Origin: an uncultured bacterium
GTDB lineage: Bacteria > Verrucomicrobiota > Kiritimatiellia > PWTM01
Direction of reading: 5' to 3'
DNA: 62,098 nucleotides
NCBI GenBank assembly: GCA_900661335.1
Contig: CAACVY010000005.1
Location: forward strand, 1 to 62,098
In this document: in pieces, positions 59,866-62,098 of the stretch
Layout: every line of letters begins with the position of its first letter
Numbering within the stretch: the first letter of the stretch is position 1
Made by a program: the position numbers and the translations under genes
Notes under the pieces: model-generated
The model's database searches: none
What the model was told of the DNA's origin: nothing
The model's input: only the letters and a program-made list of their open reading frames with translations

Positions 59866-60861
59866 TTAAGAATTTAAGGAGCCACCGCGCTCGGATACGC
59901 GACAGACCTGAAGCGAGTTCGTCTCGGGGTTCCACTCCACGATAACTCGACCTCGGGGGGACATTCCCATGGCCTGGGCTGGATGATCCGACGCCATCGC
60001 CCAGACCGTTTCTAGCGGGAGTCCAGTGAACCGACACGTGTTGGCGATCGCTTGTTCCATCGTCAAGGAGGATCCTGCCAAGGTGGTACGATCGGGCAAG
60101 GTGACGCGTCCGTCAGTCATTCGCCAGATGGTCAAGTCCCCCACAGTGTACGACCCCGGTGGTGCGTTGGCGGCCGCGACCGCGTCGGTCACGAGGATGC
60201 AGCGCGATGGTGTTTTCGCGCGGACCATGACTTTGACCGTTTCGGGGGGCAGGTGAATGCCGTCCACGATCAGGCCGGCCCAGAGGCGGTCCTCGGCGAG
60301 TTGGGCCCAGAGCAAGTTGGGATGGCGGGGTAGGAGACGAGCGCATCCATTGCCGAGGTGGGTCGATATGGTTGCGCCTGCGCCGACTGCATCCGCGATC
60401 TGTGCCGGCGTGGCATCCGAATGGCCAATGGCCACTCGAACGCCCGAAGCCACTGCGCGTTCGATGAACTTGAGTGAATTGGGAAGCTCCGGGGCGATCG
60501 TGACTAAACGGATGTGGCCTCCGGCGCATTCTTGCCGTCGTTGAAAATCCTCCCATGATGGCGGCTGGACGCAATCACGGCGGTGAGCACCGCGCGGTCC
60601 ATCCGCAGGGTTGATGTAGGGGCCTTCCATATGGATTCCAACCACCGCGGGATTTTGTGCGGCGACGATGGTACGCGCGCACCGAGCAAAATCATCGAGC
60701 GGGCTGGTGATCAAGGTGGCCAACCACGCAGTGACGCCGGCTTCGTGCATCTTCTCGGCCGCTCGGTGCACGTCTTCTGTGGTTAGCCTCGGGCAGTTGA
60801 AGTCCACCCCAGCGTAGCCGTTGACTTGAAGATCGAACAACCCTGGGCCTTCGTATCGCAC
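59866..60861 (-). CDS. nagA: N-acetylglucosamine-6-phosphate deacetylase
   Basis: DLQVNG, IHMEGP, RGAH, TIAPE, GHS, THLGN, DGIH, LAGSSL. Confidence 0.9.
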   Translation of the reverse strand: MRYEGPGLFDLQVNGYAGVDFNCPRLTTEDVHRAAEKMHEAGVTAWLATLITSPLDDFARCARTIVAAQNPAVVGIHMEGPYINPADGPRGAHRRDCVQPPSWEDFQRRQECAGGHIRLVTIAPELPNSLKFIERAVASGVRVAIGHSDATPAQIADAVGAGATISTHLGNGCARLLPRHPNLLWAQLAEDRLWAGLIVDGIHLPPETVKVMVRAKTPSRCILVTDAVAAANAPPGSYTVGDLTIWRMTDGRVTLPDRTTLAGSSLTMEQAIANTCRFTGLPLETVWAMASDHPAQAMGMSPRGRVIVEWNPETNSLQVCRVSERGGSLNS

Positions 60862-60870
60862 GGAGTGCTT

Positions 60871-61635
60871 CTAGGGGACGTCGATCATGGGGGTGGACTG
60901 GAGGAGCGATGAACTCTCCGTGTCCAAGTAAATTTCCACCTCGGGGTGCATGCGCAACGCGGACGCGGGCGCCATGGGCGAAATGGGTCCTTCCAAGCAG
61001 GCGCGGACGGCCTCCGCTTTTCGCGCCTCGGGGACGATGCAAAGAATTCGCTTTGCTTTCAGGATTTGCCGGATGGTCATTGAGATGGCTCGTCGGGGCA
61101 CGGCGTCTAGGTTCGGGAACCAGCCCTCGTTGACTTGTTGCTGGCGGCACCGCTCATCGAGATCTACGATCTTGTACGGTTCCTCAGTATCGAAGTCGGC
61201 GGGAGGGTCGTTGAAAGCCAGATGGCCGTTTTCGCCGATTCCTACGAATGCTACGTCGACGGGCTCCTCCTGGAGACGTTGCCCAATCCGCCGACATACC
61301 GTTACCGGATCGGCCACATCCCCATCCAGTAGATGGCTCCGCACGATTCCCGCCGGCCGGATCAGGCGCTCCAGAAGGTAGCGCCGGAAACTGGCAGGAT
61401 GGTGCATGGGAAGACCCAAATATTCGTCGAGATGGAACATCTCCACTCGGGCCCAATCGATGCCGGGTTGGCGCACGAGGGCGGCCAAAAAATCGAACTG
61501 CGATGCGCCAGTGGCCGCAATGAAACGCGGAATACGGCGTTCTGTTTGGGCTGCTCTCAAGATTTCAGCGGCGCGTTCCGCAGCGGCCGGACCCATCCGG
61601 GTACGGTCACGGAACCTCCAGACTTTCATGGGCAT
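60871..61635 (-). CDS. nagB: Glucosamine-6-phosphate deaminase
   Basis: [40 protein letters not shown]. Confidence 0.9.
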   Translation of the reverse strand: MPMKVWRFRDRTRMGPAAAERAAEILRAAQTERRIPRFIAATGASQFDFLAALVRQPGIDWARVEMFHLDEYLGLPMHHPASFRRYLLERLIRPAGIVRSHLLDGDVADPVTVCRRIGQRLQEEPVDVAFVGIGENGHLAFNDPPADFDTEEPYKIVDLDERCRQQQVNEGWFPNLDAVPRRAISMTIRQILKAKRILCIVPEARKAEAVRACLEGPISPMAPASALRMHPEVEIYLDTESSSLLQSTPMIDVP

Positions 61636-61910
61636 GGCTCTCCTGCGGCGACACTTATAGCATGTCGAAGGTTCGGAACAAACACCATCGAAGAAGCGGC
61701 CGGCAAACTGCCTGAGGTTGCGCCCCTACAGGGCTAGGGCGACAATACCAACGCAGCGACGCTGAGCGTACCGAATGATTCTGGCACTTGGGCTGCCCCA
61801 TAGGCCTTGGCCGCGCGTCATGGCCGGGAGTCAACGGAACCGCGGCGGAATAGCTGGCGAAGAATCGCGTTGCGAACGCCTGGAATGGATCTAGCCAGGA
61901 GGTATGGCGG

Positions 61911-62098
61911 ATGATAGAGCCGTGGTTGTGCAGCGTCGGGCTCATGCTCTGCGCGCGAGGAGAACGCGCGGCCCTGAGGTTCCAGACCTTGTGGAAGGAA
62001 GGTCCAACTGGGTACCCTTTGATCGTCGCTCACCGTGGCGCGTCGTACGTGGCGCCTAAGAATACTTTGTTGGCCTTCACGAAGGCGCTGGACATGGG
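61911..62098 (+). CDS. Glycerophosphodiester phosphodiesterase-family protein, 5' part (truncated by the window end)
   Basis: AGGAGG RBS, ATG 61911, [20 protein letters not shown]; absent from the supplied ORF track. Confidence 0.7.
   Translation, partial: MIEPWLCSVGLMLCARGERAALRFQTLWKEGPTGYPLIVAHRGASYVAPKNTLLAFTKALDM

Noticed and set aside
61818-62033. 71-aa minus-strand ORF
   Set aside because: It overlaps the better-supported plus-strand GDPD start, which has an RBS and a family motif.
1-62098. tRNA/rRNA genes, IS transposases, integrases, and the many long antisense ORFs in the track
   Set aside because: No cloverleaf, rRNA-like sequence, DDE/HUH/recombinase motif or terminal inverted repeats were seen; long antisense ORFs are expected in GC-rich coding DNA.

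Overview
GC-rich bacterial chromosomal window. PVC-superphylum affinity, possibly Kiritimatiellia/Verrucomicrobiota, is inferred from the DUF1501/DUF1549-1553 genes, archaeal/eukaryote-type ProRS and topoisomerase VI B. Most of it is intact housekeeping and envelope genes: an RluA-family enzyme, infA, rdgB, a sugar C-methyltransferase/dehydratase pair, dksA-lspA-miaA-hflX-radC-lpxA, sufT-C-B-D, top6B, bioF-H-C, yggS-proC, a RimK-like ligase, proS, a heparinase-like lyase, a WcaJ-like transferase, purF and nagBA. Four things stand out. (1) A nitrogen-assimilation island (amtB, glnK, TorF-like porin, gltB, gltD) in which every gene is a pseudogene, while the intact purF sits in its middle. (2) A translationally coupled pair of unknown genes: a divergent sigma-factor-like protein and a partner with a possible PemK/MazF-like fold, followed by a decayed RHS toxin cassette. 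(3) Three copies of a 13-bp palindrome at an exact 32-bp period between sufB and sufD. (4) top6B with no top6A beside it. No rRNA, tRNA, CRISPR array or intact IS element was recognised. All family assignments come from motif recognition by eye, not from database searches.
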